Assembly (NCBI GenBank): GCA_015055815.1
Contig: SVHM01000001.1
Span: 41,774-105,773 of the forward strand
DNA from: Clostridiales bacterium
Lineage (GTDB): Bacteria > Bacillota > Clostridia > Christensenellales > UBA1242
DNA length: 64,000 nucleotides
Reading direction: 5' to 3'
Shown: positions 36,030-47,191 of the stretch, in pieces
Numbering within the stretch: the first letter of the stretch is position 1
Layout of the letters: each line of letters begins with the position of its first letter
Program-made: the position numbers and the translations under genes
Notes under the pieces: model-generated
What the model was told of the DNA's origin: nothing
Databases searched by the model: none
Seen by the model: only the letters and a program-made list of their open reading frames with translations

Positions 36030-37365
36030 GATATAATTCTCCTTTTAAATCATAATCTAAATAATCAGTAATTTTTATATTATAAATTTCACCTATTTTA
36101 AGTACTTCATCAATAAATATTAATCCATCAATTTGCGGAGCTTGTCCATAAAATCTACCTATAGAATAATTATCGTCAATTTCATCAATAATTACAGAAT
36201 AAACATCTCCAACTCTTCTCTGAAGTATATTATTTTGAATTTCATACTGAATTTGAGAAATTTCGTTTAATCGTTCATCTTTAACATCATCAGAAATTTG
36301 GTTTTCAAAATCATACGACCTTGTTCCTTCTTCCCTACTATATTTAAAGAACCCAACATTATCAAGTTTGTATTTTTTTATAAACTCAATTATCTTATTA
36401 AAGTCGTCATTATTTTCATCTGGGAAACCTAAAATAAATGTAGTTCTTATAACAATATTTGGTATCTCATTACGTAATTTATCAAATAAATTACAAATAC
36501 TCAAATAATTTGAACGTCTATTCATTGACTTCAATATCTTATCAGATACATGTTGAAGTGGAATATCTAAATATTTAAGTATTTTAGGGTTATTCTTTAT
36601 TTCCAATATCAAATTATCATCAATTTCTTCGGGATAACAATAAAGCAGTCTAATCCATTCAATACCATTAATTTTAGATAATTGCTGTAAAAGTTCAACG
36701 AGCATCTTCTTATTATACAAATCAACACCATACTTAGTTACATCTTGAGCAACAAGTGTAAGCTCCTTAACTCCTTGACTTGCAAGTATCTTACTTTCTT
36801 CAACAAGTTCTTCAATAGTTCTAGATTTAAATCTACCCCTAATATAAGGAATTAAACAGTATGAACAGAAATTATTACAACCATCAGAAATTTTGAGATA
36901 AGCTACATGATTTGGCGTTGTTAATATTCTTCCATTTGTTGAATGGTAGTGCAAATCAATACCATATAGATTAGCAATAATATCGATAATATTATCATTG
37001 TCAGAAATTCTAACAAAACTATCAACTTCTTCTAAACTATCTTTTAAATCAGAATAACCTAATTCATTTAAGCAACCAGTAACAATTAGTTTTTCAAGAT
37101 TAGCAGAATTTTTAAGTTCCGACATTTCTAAAATATTTTCAATTGCTTCCATTCTCGAACTTTCAAGGAATGAGCATGTGTTAATTATTATTATATTAGC
37201 TTTAGTACAATCATTAACTATTTGAAATCCAAATGATTTAATGTTAAAAATAATCTTTTCTAAATCAACCCTATTTTTATCACAACCGAGAGAAATAAAG
37301 CCGACTTTTTTATCCTTTAATGCTTGAATATCCATGTTATAAATCTTCTCCAAATCTTTCTTCAA
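36016..37365 (-). CDS. rimO: Ribosomal protein S12 methylthiotransferase
   Basis: Methylthiotransferase N-terminal domain (SLGCDKN), radical SAM motif CNNFCSYCLIP and a TRAM C-terminus. Confidence 0.85.
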   Translation of the reverse strand: MKKDLEKIYNMDIQALKDKKVGFISLGCDKNRVDLEKIIFNIKSFGFQIVNDCTKANIIIINTCSFLESSRMEAIENILEMSELKNSANLEKLIVTGCLNELGYSDLKDSLEEVDSFVRISDNDNIIDIIANLYGIDLHYHSTNGRILTTPNHVAYLKISDGCNNFCSYCLIPYIRGRFKSRTIEELVEESKILASQGVKELTLVAQDVTKYGVDLYNKKMLVELLQQLSKINGIEWIRLLYCYPEEIDDNLILEIKNNPKILKYLDIPLQHVSDKILKSMNRRSNYLSICNLFDKLRNEIPNIVIRTTFILGFPDENNDDFNKIIEFIKKYKLDNVGFFKYSREEGTRSYDFENQISDDVKDERLNEISQIQYEIQNNILQRRVGDVYSVIIDEIDDNYSIGRFYGQAPQIDGLIFIDEVLKIGEIYNIKITDYLDYDLKGELYHEHS

Positions 37366-40129
37366 ATTCTTGTTGTGTTACAAATAATGTACGTCTACCA
37401 TTATTATCACCAGGAGACACAAAACCAGCCTTTTCCATTTGCATAACAATTTTATTAGCCTTAGGATAACCAATTCCAAAGGCAGCTTGAAGTGAAGAAG
37501 CACTAGCTTTTTTAGATTTTATAAAGAACCTTAGACAATCTTTAAGTAATGGGTCAAATACTTCTTCTGCACCATTTGTTGGGTCAAAACCATCGTTTTT
37601 ATTAAACATTTGGTCTTCAATTTCTTCATCAAAGTCGCATTCATTATTATCTTTTATATAATTAATAACCGACTTTAATTCGTCATTATCAAGATAACAA
37701 CCTTGAATTCTATCCATATCATTTGAGCCTTGTGGAAGATATAGCATATCACCCATACCAAGCAAATATTCAGCACCAGTTCCGTCAAGAATTGTTTTAC
37801 TATCAATTGATGATTTAACCGCAAAGGAAATTCTTGTTGGTAAGTTTGCTTTAATAGTACCGGTAATAACGTCAACTGTTGGTCTTTGAGTTGCAAGAAT
37901 TAGATGAATACCACACGCTCTTGATTTAGCAGCAAGAAGCATAATTTTTTCTTCAATTTCTTTCTTTGCTCTTGTCATAAAGTCGCCAACTTCATCAAAA
38001 ATCATTACAATATAATACATTTTTGGAACCTGACCACTTCTAACTTCAGGTGTTTCATTGTATTCACTTAATTTTTTAACGCCAAGACTACTTAGTTTTT
38101 TGTATCTTCTATCCATTTCTTCAACTAACCAGCTTAGTGCGTTAACAGCTTTATCGCACTCTGTAATAGTCTTAGGAATTAACATATGTGGTAAATCATT
38201 AAATAAAGTAAATTCTACAGATTTGGGGTCAACAAGTAAAAGCCTTAAATCTTCAGGAGAAGCTTTATATAATAAACTTACAAGCAAAGTGTTTAAACAA
38301 ACAGATTTACCACTACCAGTACTACCAGCAACAAGTGTATGAACAAGTTTATCAATACAAGCAACTTTACATTCAGCAGAGATATCCTTACCAAGGGCAA
38401 ATGTAAGTGGTGATTTGCTTGATTGAAAATTTTGACTTTCAATAATCTCTCTAAGTCCGACAGTCACTCTATCATGGTTTGGAACTTCAATACCAAACGC
38501 ATTTTTACCAGGAATAGGAACTTGAACTCTACAATTACCTTCTAAAACCATTTGTAAATCTTTAATCTTATTATTAACTAGATTTACAGAAATTCCAGGT
38601 GCCATTTGAAGTTCGTAACGAGTAAATGTTGGACCTTTTACTGCATTTATAATTTTTGTATCAATCTTAAATGCTTTAAGAGTATCAACTATTAAATCAC
38701 CCTTCTCCTTCATTGTTTCATAGTCATTATCAGTATTAGACGAATACTTCTTTAACAAATCAATTGGTGGTCTTTTATAAGGTTGTGGTGGTTTTTTATA
38801 AACCTTTTGTTGTGTTTTTGGTTTAGATACAGGCTCCATAGAAACTTGTACCGGTCTAAAACCTTGAGCTTCAACTATATTTTCATTAGTTTCAAGATTG
38901 TATACTTCTTTTGCTTTACTTGGAATATTTCTATTATCAGAGAAATTATCAATGTCAATCTGTTCAGATTGTTGTTCTCTTAACCTAAATGGATTAACAC
39001 CTTTTTCTAAATCTTTGCTATTGTTATTAATAATATTAATTCTATTATTTAAATTATTTAGCCTATTTAAGTTGTTTTCTGATTGTTTCTTTAATTGCTC
39101 TTGGTCATTAATATTATCCACTACTGGCTTTGGCTGTGGTTTAACATTATCTATACCTTGAGTTTTATTCTTAGTCTCAAACTTACCACGTGAAATATTT
39201 AAATATTCAAGTGCGGCTTTTTTCTTTTCGTCATTAGGATTAACTTTAGGTTTTTCAGCAGTTTTATTATCGTTTTTAGGATACACGTTAAATTCTTCAT
39301 CATCATTATGAACATAAATATTAGGTTTTTTAGGGTTATTGTTATTTACAATAACTTCTTCTTTTTGAATTTGTTTTTCAAGAATTTCAGTGTAATTAAA
39401 TTTATTCTCACGTTCAATCGGAGTTTGAGCAAGTCCTAATTTATTCATTGCTTCTTCTTTTACTTCTTCTTCATCTTCTATAAAAATGTCTTCATTTTCT
39501 TCAATTATTGGATTTGCACTTGTAAATTCAACTTCTTCAAATTCATCACTTTCTTCTATAATTTCTTCATCTTCGTCAACAATTTCGGAACTTTCATCAT
39601 GTACTTGATTGGTAATTGGTCTATTTTTAATTTCATTATGAATTGAATTTATAAGGAACGCAAGTGAAATTATAAAAGCAATTCCAATAATTACATAACA
39701 ACCAACCATATGTGAAATAGCATAAATTGGATAAGTTATTATTGAAAATATCACTCCACCCGCAGTCAATGTATACTTAAAAGTTGATGTAATATAGTTA
39801 CCAAAACCATCATCTAGTATATTAAAACTTGTTATTAAATGAATAATTAAAATAAAAGATATAATAGTAAAAATCGAAGCAATAAGCAACTGCTTTGAAA
39901 TATAAACCTTTTTATTCATCATTAACATGCTACCCATAACTATCATAAAAATAGATAAAGGATAAATAAGTAGCCCAATAGAGCCAATAATTGAAATAGT
40001 TAGAATTGGCAATAAATTAAATACAACCATAATTAAAACAAAAGAAAAAATAACAGTTAAGGAAAGTCCCAATCTGAATTTGTTTTTTTTACTATTTAAT
40101 TTGGTTGATTTTGTAGGATAAATAGCCAA
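37337..40129 (-). CDS. ftsK: DNA translocase FtsK/SpoIIIE
   Basis: N-terminal TM helices, a long linker, the motor domain (GSTGSGKSV, ATQRP) and a C-terminal gamma wHTH (SSLQAAFGIGYPKANKIV). Confidence 0.95.
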   Translation of the reverse strand: MAIYPTKSTKLNSKKNKFRLGLSLTVIFSFVLIMVVFNLLPILTISIIGSIGLLIYPLSIFMIVMGSMLMMNKKVYISKQLLIASIFTIISFILIIHLITSFNILDDGFGNYITSTFKYTLTAGGVIFSIITYPIYAISHMVGCYVIIGIAFIISLAFLINSIHNEIKNRPITNQVHDESSEIVDEDEEIIEESDEFEEVEFTSANPIIEENEDIFIEDEEEVKEEAMNKLGLAQTPIERENKFNYTEILEKQIQKEEVIVNNNNPKKPNIYVHNDDEEFNVYPKNDNKTAEKPKVNPNDEKKKAALEYLNISRGKFETKNKTQGIDNVKPQPKPVVDNINDQEQLKKQSENNLNRLNNLNNRINIINNNSKDLEKGVNPFRLREQQSEQIDIDNFSDNRNIPSKAKEVYNLETNENIVEAQGFRPVQVSMEPVSKPKTQQKVYKKPPQPYKRPPIDLLKKYSSNTDNDYETMKEKGDLIVDTLKAFKIDTKIINAVKGPTFTRYELQMAPGISVNLVNNKIKDLQMVLEGNCRVQVPIPGKNAFGIEVPNHDRVTVGLREIIESQNFQSSKSPLTFALGKDISAECKVACIDKLVHTLVAGSTGSGKSVCLNTLLVSLLYKASPEDLRLLLVDPKSVEFTLFNDLPHMLIPKTITECDKAVNALSWLVEEMDRRYKKLSSLGVKKLSEYNETPEVRSGQVPKMYYIVMIFDEVGDFMTRAKKEIEEKIMLLAAKSRACGIHLILATQRPTVDVITGTIKANLPTRISFAVKSSIDSKTILDGTGAEYLLGMGDMLYLPQGSNDMDRIQGCYLDNDELKSVINYIKDNNECDFDEEIEDQMFNKNDGFDPTNGAEEVFDPLLKDCLRFFIKSKKASASSLQAAFGIGYPKANKIVMQMEKAGFVSPGDNNGRRTLFVTQQEFEERFGEDL

Positions 40130-40265
40130 TTTAACACCTTAAAATATAATTTTTAATAGTATATCACATTAATTAAAATTGATAAAATAAATTAATGCAC
40201 TTTATAATATTTAATTATTGACTTTAAAATATCTTTATATAAAAAATAGGCTTAAAATATTAAGC

Positions 40266-40973
40266 CTATTTTAAACATTCACTTACAGTTGTTGCTGTAT
40301 AGCCATTAATTGAATAATATTCAAGAATTAAAGGTAGTGCTTTTAAAGTGTGTTCAGTAGGATGCATAAGTATTAAATCTCCACCTTCAATATTTTTAGT
40401 CGCCCTACTAAATACTAAATTTGCATCCTTATCTCGCCAATCAATTGTATCCTTAGACCACATAATTACTTTATATCCTATATTTTTTGAAGCATCTATT
40501 GTCGACCTATTAAAACTCCCACTCGGTGGAGCAAATAAATTCATTTCATAATCTGTAAGCGTTTTTACAAGTTCATGATTAACATTTATTTCATCATAAT
40601 TTTGATTATAATCTAAATACTCTTGGTCTTTATGAAAATAACCATGATTGCCAATTTCATGACCTTTTGAAATAATTTTATTTAATAATTCTTGTTCTTT
40701 TTCAACCCACTGCCCACCAACAAAAAATGTTGTTTTAATATTGTATTTATCAAAAACTTCTAACATATCTTCAATATATTCACTACCCCAATAAACATTA
40801 ATCATAAGAGATACTTTATTACTATCTCTATTGCCATTATAAATAATATCTTCATTTTGATAACTAAAAACATATTGAGATGAAGTTGTCCCTATATACC
40901 CAATAATACATACAAACATTAATATAATTACAATACTTGCAAAGTTGCGAATTTTACTAATTTTCATACTCAC
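40266..40973 (-). CDS. Polysaccharide deacetylase (YlxY/PdaB-like NodB domain)
   Basis: N-terminal TM helix, NodB-like segments TTFFVGGQW and GNHGYFH, and the position downstream of pnp seen in Bacillus. Confidence 0.8.
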   Translation of the reverse strand: MSMKISKIRNFASIVIILMFVCIIGYIGTTSSQYVFSYQNEDIIYNGNRDSNKVSLMINVYWGSEYIEDMLEVFDKYNIKTTFFVGGQWVEKEQELLNKIISKGHEIGNHGYFHKDQEYLDYNQNYDEINVNHELVKTLTDYEMNLFAPPSGSFNRSTIDASKNIGYKVIMWSKDTIDWRDKDANLVFSRATKNIEGGDLILMHPTEHTLKALPLILEYYSINGYTATTVSECLK

Positions 40974-41048
40974 CTACAATTCTTTATAGTATATAATATG
41001 AACATTAGGATGATTTAATGATAAAAAAATAAGTGACTTTTAAGCCAC

Positions 41049-43139
41049 TTATTCTTTATATGTTCCAACTAATTTAAAGTCAATTTTGTTATCAGCAATT
41101 TTGATAACTTCAACTTCAACAGTATCACCAATTGAAACAACATCTTCGACTTTCTCAACTCTCTTGCTTGAAAGTTTTGAAATGTGAATTAAACCTTCTT
41201 TGTTAAAACCAAATTCAACAAAAGCACCAAAGTTAGTAATTCTAGCAACTTTACCAGTATAAATTTTACCAACTTCAACATCTTCAGCAATAGAAAGAAT
41301 AATTTCTTTTGCTCTTTGAGACTTGTCAGCATCAACACCACAAATCATAACAAGACCATCATCTTCAATATCAACCTTAACACCAGTTTCGTCAATAATC
41401 TTGTTAATCATTTTACCGCCCGAACCGATTACGTCTTTAATTTTATCAGGATTAATTGTAAATGAAATTATCTTTGGAGCAAATGGACTAAGTTCTGCTC
41501 TTGGTTGAGACAATACTTCATTCATTTTATTTAAGATAAACAATCTACCATCTCTTGCTCTAGACAAAGCTTCTCTTAAGATTTTTTCGTCAATTCCTTT
41601 GATTTTGATATCCATTTGAATAGCAGTAATACCTTTAGTTGTACCAGCAACTTTGAAGTCCATATCTCCAAGGAAATCTTCAAGTCCTTGAATATCAGTA
41701 AGAATTGCAACCTTTCCACTTGCCTCATCCTTAATAAGACCCATAGCACAACCAGCAACTGGAGCTTTAATAGGAACACCTGCATCCATAAGTGCTAGTG
41801 TACTACCACAAACACTTGCTTGAGACGTACTACCATTACTACTCATAACATCACTAACTGTTCTAATGGCATATGGGAATTCTTCTTCACTTGGAAGAAC
41901 AGGAATAAGAGATCTTTCAGCTAATGCTCCATGACCTATTTCTCTTCTACCAGCAGATTTTAATGGTTTTGCTTCGCCAGTTGAATATCCTGGGAAGTTG
42001 TAATGATGCATATATCTCTTTTCTTCTTCATCATCAAGACCATCCAAAATTTGTGTATCTCTAAGACTTCCTAAAGTACAAGTTGTAAGTACTTGAGTTT
42101 CACCCCTTGTAAATACAGCACTTCCATGAACTCTTGGAAGAAGTCCAGCTTCACACCAAATAGGTCTAATTTCATTAAGTTTTCTGCCATCAGGTCTAAC
42201 GCCATCATTAATGATTTTTGCTCTCATTATTTCTTTTTTAACTTTATAAAGAACGTCTAATATTTGTCTTTGACTATCAGGGTATGTCTCTTCAAAATGT
42301 GCAAGAATTTCTTCATTAGCTTCATCTTCAGCTCTTTCTCTTTCGTGTCTATCAAAATGCTCCATTACTTTAAGCATAATAGGATAGCCAAATTCTCTTA
42401 CATCTTTTTCTAAAGTTTCATCAATAACATAGTAAGGAAGATTTTCATTTTTCTTAACGCCCAATGTTTTAACAATTTCTTCTTGGAAAGCAACTTGTTT
42501 CTTAATTTCTTCGTGAGCAAATAAGATACCTTGAAGCATTTCTTCTTCACTAACTTCATTAGCACCAGCTTCAACCATCAATATTGCATCTTTAGTACCA
42601 GCAACTTTTAAGTCCATAAGTGATTTTGCTTGTTCTTCAGCAGTAGGATTAACAATATACTTGCCATCAATGTATGCTACTTGACAGCTACCAGTAGGTC
42701 CTGCAAAAGGAATATCGCTAATGCTAAGAGCTATGGAACTAGCAAACATAGCAAGTGGCTCTGGTGAAATATCATGGTCAACGCTAAGTGGAGTTGCAAC
42801 TACTGTAACATCATTAAAAAAACCTTTAGGGAATAATGGTCTTAGTGGCCTATCTATAAGTCTTGATGTTAAAATTGCCTGGTCAGTAGGTCTACCTTCT
42901 CTCTTTTTAAAACCACCAGGAATTTTACCAACAGCATAAAGTTTCTCTTCATAATCAACACTTAGTGGGAAAAAGTCTTGACCTGGTCTAGGCTCTTTGT
43001 TCATACATGTATTGCACATAACAACTGTATCACCACATCTAACAATACAATGACCATTAGTTTGGAATGCATAATGCCCTATTTCAACAATAACTTCTTT
43101 GCCACCAATTTCAGTTCTAAATTCTTTAAAATCTTTCAT
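41049..43139 (-). CDS. pnp: Polyribonucleotide nucleotidyltransferase (PNPase)
   Basis: Two RNase PH domains plus KH and S1 domains (GKVARITNFGAFVEF). Confidence 0.97.
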   Translation of the reverse strand: MKDFKEFRTEIGGKEVIVEIGHYAFQTNGHCIVRCGDTVVMCNTCMNKEPRPGQDFFPLSVDYEEKLYAVGKIPGGFKKREGRPTDQAILTSRLIDRPLRPLFPKGFFNDVTVVATPLSVDHDISPEPLAMFASSIALSISDIPFAGPTGSCQVAYIDGKYIVNPTAEEQAKSLMDLKVAGTKDAILMVEAGANEVSEEEMLQGILFAHEEIKKQVAFQEEIVKTLGVKKNENLPYYVIDETLEKDVREFGYPIMLKVMEHFDRHERERAEDEANEEILAHFEETYPDSQRQILDVLYKVKKEIMRAKIINDGVRPDGRKLNEIRPIWCEAGLLPRVHGSAVFTRGETQVLTTCTLGSLRDTQILDGLDDEEEKRYMHHYNFPGYSTGEAKPLKSAGRREIGHGALAERSLIPVLPSEEEFPYAIRTVSDVMSSNGSTSQASVCGSTLALMDAGVPIKAPVAGCAMGLIKDEASGKVAILTDIQGLEDFLGDMDFKVAGTTKGITAIQMDIKIKGIDEKILREALSRARDGRLFILNKMNEVLSQPRAELSPFAPKIISFTINPDKIKDVIGSGGKMINKIIDETGVKVDIEDDGLVMICGVDADKSQRAKEIILSIAEDVEVGKIYTGKVARITNFGAFVEFGFNKEGLIHISKLSSKRVEKVEDVVSIGDTVEVEVIKIADNKIDFKLVGTYKE

Positions 43140-43192
43140 TTTCTCTCCTTAATTTTAAAAAAGCGAAAGTTAATCTTTCGCTTCAAAGTTAA

Positions 43193-43462
43193 TTATCTAA
43201 TGTTTAACTTGCTTTTTAAAGCTCTGTAGCCTTCAAGATTAGTTCTTTCCATATATTTAAGTAAACTCTTTCTATGGTTAACCAATTTTAAAAGACCCCT
43301 TCTAGAGTGATTGTCATTAGGATTTGCTTTAAGGTGTTCAGTCAACTCAGAAATTCTTGCAGAAAGAATTGCAATTTGAACTTCACAAGAACCAGTATCG
43401 CCTTCTTTAGTAGCAAAATTCTTAATAACTTCTTGTTTTTTCTCTTTAGAAATCATATTCAA
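43193..43462 (-). CDS. rpsO: 30S ribosomal protein S15
   Basis: [36 protein letters not shown]. Confidence 0.97.
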   Translation of the reverse strand: MNMISKEKKQEVIKNFATKEGDTGSCEVQIAILSARISELTEHLKANPNDNHSRRGLLKLVNHRKSLLKYMERTNLEGYRALKSKLNIR

Positions 43463-43593
43463 AATTCTCCTTTATTAATATTTGCCAAATACAAAGCATA
43501 TCTACGGAGCATAGATAAACCTAGTATTAGGTACCGAGTTTAGTATAACAAAATAAAAACCCTTTGTAAAGGGCTTTTAATAATATTTTTAAT

Positions 43594-45000
43594 TTATTTA
43601 AATAATTGATATTTTTTATCTATCATTTCATCAATTCTAGTAATATAATCGGGTATATTTTTTACATTAGCAAATCTTTCAATTCTATTAGTAGACTTAA
43701 AAAATCTTTTTGAAATAGCGTTAGCACCAACTGCTATAATAGACGAAAACTCTTCCATACTTACAATATTAAATATTGACGGTTTCTCTTTAAAATATCC
43801 AATATTTTCTAAATTCCCTAGCATATTCTTTTGCTTATACATATAATATGGCTTATAACCGTCATTTTTAAGTAAATTGTAAGAATAGTTTATCATTTCA
43901 AAAATATCTTCTTCTTTTGACTTTTCAATACCACCATCTTTTAAATCACTACCCCTTTTAACACATAATGTATGAATTGTAAGATTATCAGGATTGCATT
44001 CAATTGCTTTATTTAAAGAATATTTAAAATCATCTAAAGTCTCACCACTAAGACCTGCAATTAAATCCATATTTATTGTAAATCCAAATTCTTTTGCCAA
44101 ATTATATGCATCAATTACATCATTACTTGTATGATTTCTACCAATTATTTCCAAAGTTTTATCATTAAAGGTTTGTGGGTTTACACTAATTCTTGTTACA
44201 CCGTATTTTTTTAAAACTTCAAGCTTTTCTCTAGTGATAGTATCGGGTCTACCACATTCAACTGTAAATTCTTGAACTTTATAATCTAAATGCTCAAGTA
44301 TTATTTCAAACTGAACTGGAGATAAGATTGACGGAGTTCCACCACCCATATATATTGACCTAACAGTATAATTTTTCTCGGAAATTAATTTTTTAGTAGA
44401 AATAATTTCAGTTACAAGAGCGTCAATATATGGGTCTAATAAATGTGAACATTTATCAATCGGAGCAGATATAAATGAACAATAATAGCACTTAGTCGGA
44501 CAAAATGGGATATTTATATATAAATCTACAATATTTTCATCAATTTCAATAAACTTTTGGTTATTAATTATATCGATAGTCATCATGGTTTTATCATAAT
44601 CAACCGAAAAATCGTCTATAAATATTTCAATTGCTTTATCTACATCACCATTGTTTTCATTAATTACTTCATACATAAGTTTAGTCGGTCTAATACCAGT
44701 TAAACTTCCCCAAGGTAAAACTTTGTCGGGGTTAACAGATTTTAATAAATCAAAAAGACAAAGCTTAGAATATCTTTTTAAATATCTTAACGGAAATCTC
44801 TCATCTAAGATAAAATCTTCCCTAGAATATTTTATTTCTGTAATAGAGCTTGAAACTGAAGAAATAATTAATTTGTCTTGAACTATCTGTTCAATATAAA
44901 ACTTATAATCAAGGTTATTAATTTCATCTTCATTATAAAACAACTTTAATATATAAAGTAATTCGTCTTTAACTTTTTCGTTTTCACAAACTAATTCCAT
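43594..45000 (-). CDS. Radical SAM protein of the HemN/HemZ (coproporphyrinogen dehydrogenase-like) family
   Basis: IPFCPTKCYYCSF (CxxxCxxC) and the HemN-like GGGTPS motif. Confidence 0.8.
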   Translation of the reverse strand: MELVCENEKVKDELLYILKLFYNEDEINNLDYKFYIEQIVQDKLIISSVSSSITEIKYSREDFILDERFPLRYLKRYSKLCLFDLLKSVNPDKVLPWGSLTGIRPTKLMYEVINENNGDVDKAIEIFIDDFSVDYDKTMMTIDIINNQKFIEIDENIVDLYINIPFCPTKCYYCSFISAPIDKCSHLLDPYIDALVTEIISTKKLISEKNYTVRSIYMGGGTPSILSPVQFEIILEHLDYKVQEFTVECGRPDTITREKLEVLKKYGVTRISVNPQTFNDKTLEIIGRNHTSNDVIDAYNLAKEFGFTINMDLIAGLSGETLDDFKYSLNKAIECNPDNLTIHTLCVKRGSDLKDGGIEKSKEEDIFEMINYSYNLLKNDGYKPYYMYKQKNMLGNLENIGYFKEKPSIFNIVSMEEFSSIIAVGANAISKRFFKSTNRIERFANVKNIPDYITRIDEMIDKKYQLFK

Positions 45001-47183
45001 TATACTGACCTATAAACATCAAGAGTTAAATTAGATTGACTTAATTTACTAATTAAATTATCAAGTTCGGATTTGTCTTTTATGCTTACTTGAATACTAA
45101 TAGATAAATTACCATCAGTCATTTTCTTTACATTAAGCCCAACCATTGGAACTTTTTCGTCATTAAATTTCTTTGTGATTTTTGAAATAATACCCGTTAC
45201 ATCTGGAGCAATAATTGAAATTGAGCCAATGAAATCTTTGTCAAATTTATTTTTCCAAGAGCATTCAATAAGTCTTTCAAATTCATAATTTTTCAAACTC
45301 TCACAATCTCTTCTATGAATTGTTATACCATTACCCCTTGATATATAACCTATAATGTCGTCACCAGGTAATGGGTTACAACATTTAGCAAGTTTTGTCA
45401 TAAAGTTTGAAAACCCTTTAACGTCAATTTCCCCTTGATTTTTAATATCAGTTAATTTGTATTCTTGATTATTTTCAATTTCTTTATGGTCGTCATTATA
45501 TAATGTTTTAAGTTTGTTTAGAATTTGATTAGCATTAATTCCACCATAACCAACCGACGCATACATATCATCTATATTTTGAAAACTATATTTTTCAAAT
45601 AATGGCTCTAAATAATCATTAACTAAGTATTTTGATAATGGTAAATTTTTAATCTTAGCATTGTTTTCAAGTATAGATTTACCCTTTTTAATGTTCTCTT
45701 CTTTCATTTCTTTTTTGAAGAAAGCATTAATTTTAGATTTAGCAGAACTTGTTTTTACCACTTTTAACCAGTCTCTTGATGGACCCTTTGCATTTGGGTT
45801 TGTGATGATTTCAACAATATCACCATTATTAAGCATAGTTGTAAGTGGGACCATTCTGCCATTAATTTTAGCACCAACACAAGTATTACCTATTTTACTA
45901 TGTATAGCATAGGCAAAATCAATTGGAGTTGCGCCATCAGGGAAATCAAGTATTTTACCCATTGGCGATTGAACAAAAATCTTGCCACTATATACGTCAG
46001 TCTTCATAATTTCAAGAAGTTCATCACTAGACTTGTCTTTATGTAAGTCAAGTATTGACCTAATATAGTTAATTTTTACACCACTCTCGTCAACTTTCTT
46101 CTTCTCTTTATATGCCCAGTGTGCAGCGAAACCATATTCAGCATATGTATGCATATCAAAAGTTCTTATTTGTACTTCAACAGGGTCACCATTATCAAGA
46201 ATTATAGCAGTATGCAGAGACTGATAACCATTTTCTTTAGGGTTGGCAATATAATCTTTGAAGTTACCAAGCGGATTGTACATAGTAAATACTTTACCAA
46301 GAGCAGTATAACATTCTTCTACAGTATCAACAAGTATTCTTACTGCCAAAATATCCATAATTTGATTAAGTCTATTTTCTTTAAAAGTACTATTTTCAAC
46401 CACTTTATTTAAATAATCATTTCTACCATAAATATCATTAATTGACGAAATTCCCATATTTTTTGATTGAAGTTTTTTAGCAATACTATATAGTTGTTTT
46501 TGCCTACCATACACTACAGCACTAGGACAAATCTTAATCATTTCAGTCTTAAGATTTTTAATAACTTCATCAATTTTTTCATTTCTTTCATGAATATATT
46601 TGCTTAACGTATCGTTAAGTTCTTGATACATATTTGGTTTGAAATATTTAAATGTTGCATTACCAAAACTATTTTTAATTTGGCTTAGTCCAAGCATTTG
46701 ACAGATTGGGAAATAAACATCAGTAACTTCTTGCATAAATTTATTGATTTCATCATCACTAAGTTTACTTAAGAAATCTAATTTACTGTCTTCAATACAA
46801 AGCTTAATTATAACAACCCTAATGTCTTTTGCAAGTGCAATAAACATATTCTTAATATTCTCTAATTGTTCTTGATGAGTTGATAAATTTAGGTTTTCAA
46901 TTTTCTCAAGTCTTAAGAAAATATTTTTAATATCTGTTGAAATAAAATTCTCATTTATAATATTAGGATTATTCTTATAAGCAGGATAAATAAGCCCAAT
47001 AATAACGCTGTCAATATCAAGCCTATTGGTAATAATATTATTAGCTATACTTTCAGCAAAAGCGACAGAATAAAGGGTATTTTCGTTATAATAACTTTTT
47101 AAATTATCGAAAATATTACACACTTTTTGAAAACCCACTTCAGAATATTTTTTAATAATTCTTTCAGATAAATTATTAGTCAT
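45000..47183 (-). CDS. relA: RelA/SpoT-homolog (p)ppGpp synthetase with a degenerate hydrolase domain
   Basis: Synthetase motifs are intact (GRQKQLYSIAKKL, DILAVRILV, YQSLHT, EVQIRTFDMHTYAEYGFAAHWAYK) and TGS and ACT domains are present. The HD-domain catalytic motifs are absent. Confidence 0.9.
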   Translation of the reverse strand: MTNNLSERIIKKYSEVGFQKVCNIFDNLKSYYNENTLYSVAFAESIANNIITNRLDIDSVIIGLIYPAYKNNPNIINENFISTDIKNIFLRLEKIENLNLSTHQEQLENIKNMFIALAKDIRVVIIKLCIEDSKLDFLSKLSDDEINKFMQEVTDVYFPICQMLGLSQIKNSFGNATFKYFKPNMYQELNDTLSKYIHERNEKIDEVIKNLKTEMIKICPSAVVYGRQKQLYSIAKKLQSKNMGISSINDIYGRNDYLNKVVENSTFKENRLNQIMDILAVRILVDTVEECYTALGKVFTMYNPLGNFKDYIANPKENGYQSLHTAIILDNGDPVEVQIRTFDMHTYAEYGFAAHWAYKEKKKVDESGVKINYIRSILDLHKDKSSDELLEIMKTDVYSGKIFVQSPMGKILDFPDGATPIDFAYAIHSKIGNTCVGAKINGRMVPLTTMLNNGDIVEIITNPNAKGPSRDWLKVVKTSSAKSKINAFFKKEMKEENIKKGKSILENNAKIKNLPLSKYLVNDYLEPLFEKYSFQNIDDMYASVGYGGINANQILNKLKTLYNDDHKEIENNQEYKLTDIKNQGEIDVKGFSNFMTKLAKCCNPLPGDDIIGYISRGNGITIHRRDCESLKNYEFERLIECSWKNKFDKDFIGSISIIAPDVTGIISKITKKFNDEKVPMVGLNVKKMTDGNLSISIQVSIKDKSELDNLISKLSQSNLTLDVYRSV

Positions 47184-47191
47184 AAATTCTC

